Source: a virus. From it: a stretch of 64,000 bases of DNA. Position numbers and translations under genes: made by a program. The notes below the pieces were generated by a model, which was not told the origin of the DNA, did no database searches, and saw only the letters and a list, made by a program, of their open reading frames with translations. Below are positions 53,222 through 62,960 of this stretch, piece after piece. The first letter of the stretch is position 1. Each line of letters opens with the position of its first letter. The stretch lies in the IMG/VR virus record IMGVR_UViG_3300012931_000667, positions 13,901-77,900 of that record; one strand, given 5' to 3'.

Positions 53222-54388
53222 ATGTATAGTAATGATTTAAGACCATCAAATTTTAATCAAGTCCTTGGTCAAGATACAATAGTAAAAGGAATTCAAAATT
53301 ATTTTAAAACAAAAACATTACCCTCTGTAATTGGTTTTATTGGAAATTCAGGAGTAGGGAAAACAACATTAGCTAGATTAGTTGCTATGACTATAAATTG
53401 TGAAAATCCAACTATAGATGAAAAGGGTAATATTCAACCTTGTGGTAAATGTTTATCTTGTATTGATATTATAGAAGATAAAAATAATTATATTAAATTA
53501 ATTAGTGGTTCTGATTTATTAGCAGAAACTATCAGGGATTTAGAAGAAAACTATATTAATTATTCTTCCATTTTAGTTAAGAATAAAATTGTTATTATAA
53601 ATGAAGCTCAAATGGCTCCTCAAGCTTCCTTGAAAAGATTATTAGAACTTATTGAACAAAAACAAAATAATTTATATTGGTTATTAACAAGTACAGATAA
53701 AAGTAAATTCAGTAATCTTTCTGGTAAAGATAATCGTTCTCAAGAAATACAAGCATTAAGAAGTAGAATATGCATGTTTAATTTAAAGCCAATATCTACT
53801 ACTCAAATTGGTAATTATTTGTTTAAGTTAGTTCAAGAATATGATCCAGAAGAAAATAAAGTTCCTGATTCATTTATTGAAAAAGTGTTACCTATTATAG
53901 CTGAAAATAGTAATACTAATCTTAGATTAGCTTTAAATGATTTGAATACTTGTTTACTATCAGAAGCTTTTGATGAACAACAAGCTATGGATTTATTAGG
54001 ATATACTAATACTCAAGAAAATTTATCAATACTATTAGAACTTTGTAATGGCAATAGTAAAGTATTAGTTAGAATAAAAGAATTGGAAGATACTTTCTTA
54101 TTTGTTCAATATATACTAAAAGTGTTAAATGACAATTATTATAGAAAGATTTCTGGTAAGGTATTTGATAATGAATACCAAGAAAAAACTTATAAAATAT
54201 TAGTAGAAAGTAAATACTTTGAAAAACTATATAAATTATTTAATGATATCAATATAGAATCTAATGGATTATATAATGGAGCATATACTAATTTTGTGAT
54301 GTATAAGCTATTGACATTTTGTTCTTACTTTGATAGTGTTCCTAATGGAGTGATTAATAAACCAAAAAAAGTACCTATAAAGAAATAA
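53222..54388 (+). CDS. dnaX: clamp loader, DNA polymerase III gamma/tau-like
   Basis: LRPSNFNQVLGQ, GNSGVGKTTLAR, C...PCGKCLSC, INEAQ, LRSRI. Confidence 0.85.
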   Translation: MYSNDLRPSNFNQVLGQDTIVKGIQNYFKTKTLPSVIGFIGNSGVGKTTLARLVAMTINCENPTIDEKGNIQPCGKCLSCIDIIEDKNNYIKLISGSDLLAETIRDLEENYINYSSILVKNKIVIINEAQMAPQASLKRLLELIEQKQNNLYWLLTSTDKSKFSNLSGKDNRSQEIQALRSRICMFNLKPISTTQIGNYLFKLVQEYDPEENKVPDSFIEKVLPIIAENSNTNLRLALNDLNTCLLSEAFDEQQAMDLLGYTNTQENLSILLELCNGNSKVLVRIKELEDTFLFVQYILKVLNDNYYRKISGKVFDNEYQEKTYKILVESKYFEKLYKLFNDINIESNGLYNGAYTNFVMYKLLTFCSYFDSVPNGVINKPKKVPIKK

Positions 54389-54578
54389 TATGATCTATCG
54401 TTATAATAGTACTAGATTAGTAGTAAAAAAGAATAATACAATAAAGAATAAAATGAAAATTTGGGATTTAGATACTTATGTACAATTAGTAAATGCTGAT
54501 TATTACCATACATCTTATAATGAAAAAGAAAATATAGCTTATATTGTTTCTTTTAGTAGAGGAAAGGATTAAATTAAT

Positions 54579-55769
54579 ATGGATAATGCAATACTACAAA
54601 TTTTAGGTACTTATAGTGACATACTAAAAAAAGAATTTAATAGTACTAATTTAGGACTATTATTTTTTCCTGATGTTGAAAATTATGTTGATACTATTGA
54701 ACCTATTGATAGTAAACAAAAAATTTGTATAAAAGAATTACATAGTTCTACTGATTTTAGTTTTCATACTTACTTTGATTATTCATCAGAAACAAATTCA
54801 TTAGATAAGGTGTATTCAGAAATTAATCGTTGTACTATTGGTGGAATTAAATTCTTAAAAGTTATTACTTCTTATTTAGTTAAAGATGATTCATATGATT
54901 TTATTATAGCTGAAGATAGTAATATTAAAAAAATTATAGAATTATTAAAGAATAAAAAAGAATTACAAATAAATGCATCATTAAAAGCACCATTAATTGA
55001 TTTACCAACTGAAGAGTTAAATAGAGATATTTTTGAATTTCTACTTAATCAAGAGTTTGATGATTTCTGTAAAAATTATAATATTAAAAAAAGAAGAGCA
55101 TTAATATTCTCTGGTCCTCCTGGTAATGGTAAATCACTATCTATTTCTTGGATTAAAAGTAAAGCATTACAAAAGAATATTAAGGTAATTACATATTCCA
55201 CAGCAGATGAATTTATGGATTCTTATAATGATTTATATGATAATAAAAATAAAAAAATTGTAGTATTAGAAGAGTTTGATACTTACACTCAAGAACGAGC
55301 ACAAGAATCTGGTACTAAAGTAGAGGGAATGCATTCTAATCCTGTACTAAATGTATTACTTAATTTACTTGATGGTGTTAATGAAGTAACTAATACAGTA
55401 TTCCTATTTACTACAAATCATATTACTACATTAGATACTGCATTTGTTAGACCTGGAAGAATTGATAGAATTATAGAGTATAAAGCCCCAACACAAGAAC
55501 AACAGTTAAAGTTTTTTGTAGCATACTTAAATGATTATAACTCTATACTTAATATTTTACTTACTCATATGAATAGAAAAAATATAAGTATTTCATATGC
55601 TATGATGAAAGCTATTACTGATACAATTAGGATAAAAGAATTTTGGAATAAACAAGATGATAAGGATATACAATTAACTATTGAAGAAATAGAAGAAATA
55701 ATAGATCAAGTTATGAATAATAGTAATAAAAAAGAAGAAGTTAAGGATAATAGTAATTATATATTATAA
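54579..55769 (+). CDS. AAA+ ATPase
   Basis: GPPGNGKS, VLEEFD, LLNLLDG, TTNH...LD.AFVRPGRID. Confidence 0.9.
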   Translation: MDNAILQILGTYSDILKKEFNSTNLGLLFFPDVENYVDTIEPIDSKQKICIKELHSSTDFSFHTYFDYSSETNSLDKVYSEINRCTIGGIKFLKVITSYLVKDDSYDFIIAEDSNIKKIIELLKNKKELQINASLKAPLIDLPTEELNRDIFEFLLNQEFDDFCKNYNIKKRRALIFSGPPGNGKSLSISWIKSKALQKNIKVITYSTADEFMDSYNDLYDNKNKKIVVLEEFDTYTQERAQESGTKVEGMHSNPVLNVLLNLLDGVNEVTNTVFLFTTNHITTLDTAFVRPGRIDRIIEYKAPTQEQQLKFFVAYLNDYNSILNILLTHMNRKNISISYAMMKAITDTIRIKEFWNKQDDKDIQLTIEEIEEIIDQVMNNSNKKEEVKDNSNYIL

Positions 55770-56029
55770 TAGGAGAGATATAATGATTTTTGTATTGAAT
55801 GAATACACCTTGAGTGGTACTACTCTTGTAGGTAATGTACATAACACTGGTATAGAAGCTACTAATTTTGATAAAGCAAAAGAATTACTTAAAGATAAAT
55901 TAATAAAAAATGAAAATATATGTATTAGTATTAAAGAAGATTCTGAAGAAAAGTTTAGTTATCTTATAACTAACTTCATATTCCCTATAATGGGAACATT
56001 AGCTAATAAAGAATTAGAATATATATAAT

Positions 56030-56578
56030 ATGTTAGAAGAATCAGATACTAAAGATTATGAAGATTTTGTACAAAAGAAAATAGAATACATTGAACGATA
56101 TATGAATATTATTAAAAATAAAGAAATAACTCCTCAAATTATTAATCATGCATTAGCTAATCATGGTAATGTATTAAATTGGTTAGATAAAGAATATGAT
56201 CATATGATAATGGATTATGAATCATTGAAAGAAGACTATCAAGCTGATTTTGATAAATGGGTAATTGAAGCTAGATCAACATTAAATGAAAAAAGAGTTA
56301 GTTCTAAATTTGCATCGAATACTGAAATAGAAGGACAAGCTAGGGTATCTCATAGAGAGGAATATATTGCATGGAAACGTAAATTATTAGTATGGGAACA
56401 TAAAATAAGTTTCTATAAACGATTACGCAATAATTGGGAAGCACAAAGAGATATATTAACTAATTTAGCATGGAATACTCGTGCTGAATTACGAGCATTA
56501 AATACAGAAGATTATACTAATAATGTAGAAAAAGAGAAAATGGTTAAAAAGCCATTGGTAAATAAAAATGATAGTTAA
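56030..56578 (+). CDS. helical hypothetical protein, possibly UvsY-like
   Basis: Predicted all-helical coiled coil in a replication cluster; weak resemblance only. Confidence 0.3.
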   Translation: MLEESDTKDYEDFVQKKIEYIERYMNIIKNKEITPQIINHALANHGNVLNWLDKEYDHMIMDYESLKEDYQADFDKWVIEARSTLNEKRVSSKFASNTEIEGQARVSHREEYIAWKRKLLVWEHKISFYKRLRNNWEAQRDILTNLAWNTRAELRALNTEDYTNNVEKEKMVKKPLVNKNDS

Positions 56579-57008
56579 GAATATAAACAATTGTAAAAAA
56601 AGAAAATTTAGGTCATATTTTCATGAAAGACTTACTAATGAAAAACCTAATAAAATAAATTATACAAATAAATATCTTGGTAATCTTCTTTATGGTAGTA
56701 GTAAAATTCCTATATATAATGAAAATAATATAATTAAAGAAATAATTGAATAGAATGATAATTGGCTATAACTGTTAATAACAGGGGATCATATGATAAA
56801 TAGATGTATAAATAACTGTAAAAAAAGAGGGGTTAGATCATACTTTCATGAAAGACTTACTAATGAAAAATCTACTAAACTAATCTATACTAAGAATAAA
56901 AATGGTAGTAATTTCCCTGGTAGTAATAAAATTTCTATATATAATGAAAATAATATAATTAAAGAAATACCTGAATGGAATGATAATTGGATGTAACTAT
57001 TAATAATA
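56568..57008 (+). repeat. diverged tandem duplication (~225-bp unit) encoding two small paralogous ORFs (56568-56753, 56793-56996)
   Basis: Shared INNCKKR..RSYFHERLTNEK...IYNENNIIKEI.E and shared 3' flanks. Confidence 0.9.
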
Positions 57009-57383
57009 GTGAATCATAAAGAATATAGAAATTTATATCAATTAAAATTAGGAATAGAATTAATACTAGGATCAAGTATCCACCACATTAACTGGAATTC
57101 AAATAATTGTAAATATTATAATTTAGTTGCAATTCCTCAAGATTTGCATGATAGAATTAATTTAATGTTTACTAAGTTCCCTAAGTTATGCAAAAAATTA
57201 TGTAGAAGATTGCCATTTGTAATGAGTAAAAAGATAGTAATAGAATTTCAAGAGTATATTAATGTATACAAAGAATTGAATTATTGGATACTAGTAAGAG
57301 ATACTATTAAAAATGAAGGGTATGAAGAAGCTAGTAAAAAATTTGATAACATAGGATTAATTTATAAAGGTAGAAAATATTGA
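57009..57383 (+). CDS. small HNH-motif protein
   Basis: IHHINWNSNNCKYYNLVAIPQDLH. Confidence 0.6.
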   Translation: MNHKEYRNLYQLKLGIELILGSSIHHINWNSNNCKYYNLVAIPQDLHDRINLMFTKFPKLCKKLCRRLPFVMSKKIVIEFQEYINVYKELNYWILVRDTIKNEGYEEASKKFDNIGLIYKGRKY

Positions 57384-58363
57384 AAAAAGTTCTTATTGAT
57401 CACTGTGATTTGGATGGTCTTGGAGTAATAGTTTTAGTTAAATACTATAATATTGAATTTGATGAAATATATAATATTAACTATGATGAATATTCAGAAT
57501 ATGATCATGTTATTGATTCCTTAACTAAAGATGATACAATTGTATTTACAGATTTTAGTCCTAGTAAAGAATGGATTATTAAGATAGATGCTATTGGTTG
57601 TACTACAGAAATTTTGGATCATCATGGTCATTATGAGGATATAGAAAGTTCTTGTTATCTATGTACAGAATGGGCAAAGGTAAATAGTAATGTAACTTAC
57701 TATTATTCCCCTAATGAAAAATCTGGTACAGAACTATTCTATGATCATTATATAACTGATAAATCTAATAAGGTAGTAGAAAAGTTTGTTCAATTAGTTT
57801 CAATTTATGATACTGCTAAAAAGAATAATCCACTTTTTGAACAAGCAAAAGATTTAAATAGATTATTCTATAAAACAAAATGTTGGGGTAAACAAGGATT
57901 AGAACAATATAAATATTTTATAGAAAATTGTATGTATTATAAATTTAATAATCCTCAATATGGTTTTAAATTTAATCGACTTGAAGAAACTAAAATTGCC
58001 GAAGATAAAAAACGTGAATTAGAAATATTTAATAAATTAGTTTCAGGTGGAAAAGAGACTATAAAAACTCGTAAAGATGACCATGATAATTACTTTTGTG
58101 TTATTAGACTAAAATCAAAAGCATCAGGTATTAGTGAGATGCTATTGACAAAGTATGCTAAATTGCAATACATTATCATAATTAATGAATTTAATTCTGA
58201 TCGATTATTACTATCATTAAGATCAAGAGAAAGTTTTGATTTAAGACAATTAGAAAATGTTAAGGGACATGCTCAAGCCGCTGGAGTAGAAAATTGTGAT
58301 AGTCAATTATGTGAAGATTTATGGACAAAAAAAGTATATTCATTAAAATATAAGGAGAATTAG
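57380..58363 (+). CDS. DHH-family phosphoesterase
   Basis: HCDLDG, FTDF, LDHH, SLRS, GHAQAAG. Confidence 0.9.
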   Translation: MKKVLIDHCDLDGLGVIVLVKYYNIEFDEIYNINYDEYSEYDHVIDSLTKDDTIVFTDFSPSKEWIIKIDAIGCTTEILDHHGHYEDIESSCYLCTEWAKVNSNVTYYYSPNEKSGTELFYDHYITDKSNKVVEKFVQLVSIYDTAKKNNPLFEQAKDLNRLFYKTKCWGKQGLEQYKYFIENCMYYKFNNPQYGFKFNRLEETKIAEDKKRELEIFNKLVSGGKETIKTRKDDHDNYFCVIRLKSKASGISEMLLTKYAKLQYIIIINEFNSDRLLLSLRSRESFDLRQLENVKGHAQAAGVENCDSQLCEDLWTKKVYSLKYKEN

Positions 58364-58364
58364 T

Positions 58365-58724
58365 ATGAATGCTGATAATTTTCATATTGATATATCATCA
58401 GAAGGAAAAGAAGATTTCATTAAGGTAATGTCACTATGCATTAAACATAAAGTAGAAGGGTATAGTATAAAAGGCAATTCATTAGTATTATATTGGAGTA
58501 ATTCAAGTAAAGATTGTATCCCTTTTCCATATAAAATGTCTTGTGAAGCAGTATCAGAGTTTGTATATGGATGGTTACAAGAAGTAGAATATAAGGAAGA
58601 ACCTGATCAGGATGGTGATAATCATAAAGGATGGAAAGTATATAATGAATCATGGTCTAGAGTAGGTGATGATCCTTATACTATAGTTGCTATTGAACCT
58701 CGATGGATGATTTATGGAAAATAA
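58365..58724 (+). CDS. hypothetical protein
   Basis: 119-aa ORF with AAGGAG SD. Confidence 0.65.
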   Translation: MNADNFHIDISSEGKEDFIKVMSLCIKHKVEGYSIKGNSLVLYWSNSSKDCIPFPYKMSCEAVSEFVYGWLQEVEYKEEPDQDGDNHKGWKVYNESWSRVGDDPYTIVAIEPRWMIYGK

Positions 58725-58748
58725 AAGTAATAATAATAGGAATTAATT

Positions 58749-61565
58749 GTGTCAGATTTTTTTAGTTTAATGGAATCAGGTATTTCAGAAAATTTAAATT
58801 TAAAGTCAACTACTAAAAATAAAGTATTCACTACTCCTGTACTCTATAAATCTGATACAGATACTATAGAGTATAGTATTATATTAGATGAATACCCTAC
58901 TAAAGTTCAGTTACATATGCTTATTAAATTTTTTAATAAGCATTTAACTAATTATCAGTTATTATATGCATTACAATTAGAATTAAATGAAACTGATAAA
59001 AAGAAAACAGTATGGAAATTCTATAGGGATAATAAATGGAGATTTGAAAACTATATTCCCCAATGGTCTAAGATATTATCTTTTGGAAAATCAATTTTTA
59101 GTATATGTGAATCAAATGATTTAGACTGCTCAATTAAAATGGATGATGTTACTAATGAAAAAAAGGACTTAGACAAAAATTCTATTATAGCTGGTTTTTA
59201 TGATACATTATTAAATGAAACTCATTTCAATGACCCTAAAACAAAATGTGTAGTTTTTCCTGTAGATTGTTATACTGATTTAGTTAATAATGATACTGAT
59301 AGTTTTTATGATAAATTTGAATATTGGTTTTTAAAAGAACAATTAAAAAAAATAGTAGAATATAAAATTAAGCCATTAAAGATACGACAACTAAAAGTAG
59401 AGTATATAAATAATCCTAATGAATGGTTACAATTACAGATAGATAGTAGTAATACTATTAACCCTTCTAATATATGTTCCTTTGACTTAGAAACTGATGG
59501 TCTTGATATGTTTTCTGATGTAGGGTATGTATTAAACATTTCTATTTCCTACTATGAAAATCCATATAATTCTTACTATTTGTCATGGAATAAAACTGAT
59601 ATTAAATTATTAGAAAAGTTTTTATTATCTAAAAGTCATATTGGTACTAACTTAAACTATGACTATAAATGGATTATTTTTAAATATAAATTATCAATTA
59701 AACTTATAAATAAGTTAATTGGTGATACTATGCATCAAGCACAAATTGTTAATACCTTACAAAGAATAGGATTAAAATCATGTGTATGGATATCTGGATG
59801 GCATGGTGGTTATGATCAAGAATTAGATAGGTATATTGAAAGTCATCCTGAGTGTAAAGCACATTATTCATTAATTCCAGAAAAATTAAGAATACCTTAT
59901 GCTGGTATGGATGCATCACAATCATTATTAGTTCATAAATATTTTGAAGATAAAATGAAAGAAATAGATAAGAAGTATCCTGTTAATTTCATTCCAAATA
60001 GCCATTGGAGTATGATTAATTTTTATAATGAATTACGTATTCCAGCATTAAAAGTATTTTGTCGTGCTGAAATTAGAGGAATGGAAGTAAATTGGGATAA
60101 GGTGAAAGAGTTATCTGATTATGTTAGAAAAGAGATTGAAGAAAAGACATTAAAAATAAGAAATATGTTAGGGATAACTGATCCTAATTTTAATATTAAT
60201 AGTAATGATCAATTAGGACAATTACTACAAAAATTAGGATGGAAAAATTATGGATTGACAAAGAAGAAGATATATAATGTTGCAGAGTATCAATTGACTC
60301 ATTGGCAAGAGGATGGACATGAAGAAGCTAAATTAATTGATGATGTACATAAATTAAATACCTTATACAAAACTTTTATTGGTTCTGAAGAAGAAGGAAA
60401 TGGATATTATCAATATAGAAAGAATGATAATAGAATTCATTTTAATCATGGTGTAGGTTTAACTAATAATGCTAGAAATTTTGGTAGAAATCCAAATCCT
60501 CAAAATATTAAAAAACATGGATATCTTGCTCTTGAATTAAGAGACATGATTTCTGTTCAAGATGAAAATGAATTTTGTTTGGTAGAGCAAGACGGAAATG
60601 GGTTACAGCTAAGAGTAGAAACTAGCCTGTCATCAGATTCAGAAATGTTATATATATTTAAAAATAATTTAGATATGCACGCAATGACTTCTTTTTTGCT
60701 TTTTGAGAAAAAGTTAAATTGTACTTTTGAAGAATATTGTAAAAAAATTAAAGAAAAAGATCATGAAGCTGTAGAAATTCGTTATAGTGGAAAATCTCCT
60801 AATTTCTCGTTATGTTTTGGAAGTAGTAGTCTCTCTTTTGCTAAAGAGAGTTTACATCAGGGAACGTATAAATGGAGTTTTGAACAAGCAAAATCATATG
60901 TTGAATTACATAAATTACAAAAATTAAGAAATGAAAAATATGAAAGACTTATTGAAAATCCTAATATACATGATAGTCCAGAAGTATTTAGTTACTATTG
61001 GGCTTGTGCAGAAGATATTAGAGAAAAATGGATGAAAAAATATAATGGAATAGAAAAGTATATTGCTAGTCAAATTAAGATAGGTGAAAAGTATGGAGCT
61101 TGTTTTACTCCTTACGGATTCATTCGTCGTGTTCCTTGGTTAATTTATTGTAAGGGAGAAGATGAGGATAAAAGAAGAACAAAAAATATGCAGAATGTTA
61201 TGAGCAATGTGTGTGCTCAAACTGTTGAATGGGTTAAAATTACTAAAACAATGATTGCTCAAGATAAAATTATTGAAGATAATAATTATAAGTCTTATAT
61301 AATAACAAATGTACATGATAGTGTTGTATCTAAAATGTATTATGATGAAATGTATGAAATAGTAAAAGCAGGACAACAAGCTTTTAGTATAGATGAGCCT
61401 GAAAATAAATCAGTTCCTTATATTTTGGAATTTGATGGAGGAATTTGGGGATTTGGATGTTCCTTTGAATTAAATCAATTAAAGGATATTGTTAAAACTA
61501 AAGAAAAAATTAAATTAAATAACATAAAAATGAGACAAAAAATGATTTATAAAAAGGATAATTAA
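58749..61565 (+). CDS. polA: family A DNA polymerase with 3'-5' exonuclease
   Basis: Exo FDLETDG, NLNYD, YAGMD; NPNPQNI; motif A QDGNGLQLR; motif B RYSGKSPNFSLCFG; motif C VHDS. Confidence 0.93.
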   Translation: MSDFFSLMESGISENLNLKSTTKNKVFTTPVLYKSDTDTIEYSIILDEYPTKVQLHMLIKFFNKHLTNYQLLYALQLELNETDKKKTVWKFYRDNKWRFENYIPQWSKILSFGKSIFSICESNDLDCSIKMDDVTNEKKDLDKNSIIAGFYDTLLNETHFNDPKTKCVVFPVDCYTDLVNNDTDSFYDKFEYWFLKEQLKKIVEYKIKPLKIRQLKVEYINNPNEWLQLQIDSSNTINPSNICSFDLETDGLDMFSDVGYVLNISISYYENPYNSYYLSWNKTDIKLLEKFLLSKSHIGTNLNYDYKWIIFKYKLSIKLINKLIGDTMHQAQIVNTLQRIGLKSCVWISGWHGGYDQELDRYIESHPECKAHYSLIPEKLRIPYAGMDASQSLLVHKYFEDKMKEIDKKYPVNFIPNSHWSMINFYNELRIPALKVFCRAEIRGMEVNWDKVKELSDYVRKEIEEKTLKIRNMLGITDPNFNINSNDQLGQLLQKLGWKNYGLTKKKIYNVAEYQLTHWQEDGHEEAKLIDDVHKLNTLYKTFIGSEEEGNGYYQYRKNDNRIHFNHGVGLTNNARNFGRNPNPQNIKKHGYLALELRDMISVQDENEFCLVEQDGNGLQLRVETSLSSDSEMLYIFKNNLDMHAMTSFLLFEKKLNCTFEEYCKKIKEKDHEAVEIRYSGKSPNFSLCFGSSSLSFAKESLHQGTYKWSFEQAKSYVELHKLQKLRNEKYERLIENPNIHDSPEVFSYYWACAEDIREKWMKKYNGIEKYIASQIKIGEKYGACFTPYGFIRRVPWLIYCKGEDEDKRRTKNMQNVMSNVCAQTVEWVKITKTMIAQDKIIEDNNYKSYIITNVHDSVVSKMYYDEMYEIVKAGQQAFSIDEPENKSVPYILEFDGGIWGFGCSFELNQLKDIVKTKEKIKLNNIKMRQKMIYKKDN

Positions 61566-61578
61566 CTATGCTTATATT

Positions 61579-61691
61579 AAAGGGACAACAGGCTACTAAC
61601 CTGCTGATTGAAAGTAACTCCTTCAATCTAACCTTTTTATTTTTTAACTATATTAATACAGACTTTAGTAGAGTCTTAAAAGGAAAAAATT
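61579..61691 (+). ncRNA. structured leader copy D (kissing loops CUACUAA/UUAGUAG)
   Basis: AAAGG-GA-CAACAGG[CTACTAA]CCTGCTG-ATTGAA[AGTAACTCC]TTCAAT-CTAA-CCTTT..TAACTAT..AGACT[TTAGTAG]AGTCT-TAAAAGG..ATG. Confidence 0.85.
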
Positions 61692-62462
61692 ATGAGTGAA
61701 ACAAAAGTATGTAAAACTTGTAAAGAAGAAAAAGATATAATCAATTTTTATATTGATAAAAATGGTTATATAAGTGGTAATTGTAGAGCATGTATAAAAA
61801 TAATTAAAAAACAATATAATGATTCTCATAAAGAACAACATAGTAAAAGTAGGAAAAAATATTATTATTCTCATTTAAATCAAGAAAAAGAATATAGACA
61901 AAAATATAATAATTCTAATAAAGAAAAGAATAAAGAAAAGAATAAAAATTATTATTTAAAAAATAAATCAGACAGAGATAAGTATAGTCATGATTACTAT
62001 CTTTCTCATTTAGATGAAAGAAAAGATTATCATAAAAAATTTTATATAGAAAATAAAGAATATTATAATAATTTTAGAGAAAATTATAAAGAAAAAAGAA
62101 ATAAATATCAAAGAGATCGTTTAAAAATTGATATTAATTTTCGTCTTTCTACTAATTTAAGAATAAGAGTACAGAATGCTGTTAAAAGAGGAACCAAAAC
62201 TGGTTCAGCAGTACAAGATTTAGGATGTTCTATTGAATTTTTTAAAGAATATATAGAAAAACAGTTTAAATTCGGTATGACTTGGGAAAATTGGGGTATT
62301 ACAGGATGGCAATTAGATCATATAAAACCATTATCAGGATTTGATTTAACTAATAGAGAAGAATTTTTACAAGCAGTACATTATACAAATTATCAACCTT
62401 TATGGTATGATGAAAATATTAGAAAAGGTGGAGTAAGAAAACCTAGAATTAAAAAAGAGTAA
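61692..62462 (+). CDS. free-standing HNH endonuclease (N-terminal Zn finger, helical linker, C-terminal HNH)
   Basis: CKTC...CRAC; LGCSIE...GMTWENWG..WQLDHIKPL...HYTNYQPLW..EN..K. Confidence 0.88.
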   Translation: MSETKVCKTCKEEKDIINFYIDKNGYISGNCRACIKIIKKQYNDSHKEQHSKSRKKYYYSHLNQEKEYRQKYNNSNKEKNKEKNKNYYLKNKSDRDKYSHDYYLSHLDERKDYHKKFYIENKEYYNNFRENYKEKRNKYQRDRLKIDINFRLSTNLRIRVQNAVKRGTKTGSAVQDLGCSIEFFKEYIEKQFKFGMTWENWGITGWQLDHIKPLSGFDLTNREEFLQAVHYTNYQPLWYDENIRKGGVRKPRIKKE

Positions 62463-62527
62463 TATAATGTATTATAAGCTAAATACTTATAGTTATTTTT
62501 GCTCTATATAGCATAAAAGGATTTACT

Positions 62528-62950
62528 ATGTTAGAAACAAATAAAATTTATAATATGGATTGCATTGATGGTATGAAACTATTAGATGATAATATTATAG
62601 ACTCTATTAATCTATCAAAAGGCAATAGTCATCCATGCGTAAAACCTATATCTTTGCTCACCTATTTATGTAACTTGACAAAAACTCCTACTGGTGGTAT
62701 TGTATTAGACTTATTTGGTGGTTCAGGTTCTATTATTCCCACATATATAATAACTGATAGACCATATATTATATTTGAAAAAGAAGCAGAATATATACCT
62801 ATTATAGAAGCTAGAGCTAAAGTATGGTTAAAAGCTAAAGAAGAAGATAAAATATTTATAGATGATCATAATAAAGTAACCATTATTAATAAGAAAAAAG
62901 AAACAAAAAGTACTAATAGTGATGATACTAATATTTTAGATTTAATATAA
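62528..62950 (+). pseudogene. N6/N4 DNA methyltransferase remnant with in-frame internal deletion
   Basis: IYNMDCIDGMKLL...IDSI joins directly to NSHPCVKP...VLDLFGGSGS; the DPPY motif and target-recognition region are missing. Confidence 0.75.
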
Positions 62951-62960
62951 AGGAAGTAGT

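Noticed and set aside
56751-56753. Genome-wide TAG recoding
   Set aside because: Long conserved genes are intact in the standard code and several (terminase, DnaB, ClpP-like, DHH) end sensibly at TAG.
61579-61645. Leaders as plain rho-independent terminators
   Set aside because: A U-tract is present, but a simple terminator does not explain the invariant GA/CUAA junction or the loop-loop complementarity in four copies.
1422-61874. Antisense ORFs in the track (1422+, 10526+, 11041+, 25803+, 37561-, 39201-, 51369-, 58441-, 59306-, 61140-, 61665-)
   Set aside because: Shadow frames opposite well-supported genes, with Ile/Phe/Leu- or Ser-rich composition typical of AT-rich antisense strands.
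62489-62495. Antisense TAACTAT motifs pointing into the HNH gene (62495-62489) and DnaB (47565-47559)
   Set aside because: The 7-mer occurs often by chance in this composition; no supporting evidence.
62494-62515. TTTTTGCTCTAT..AGCAT similarity with 27063-27081
   Set aside because: Only two short AT-rich instances, in opposite orientation relative to their genes.
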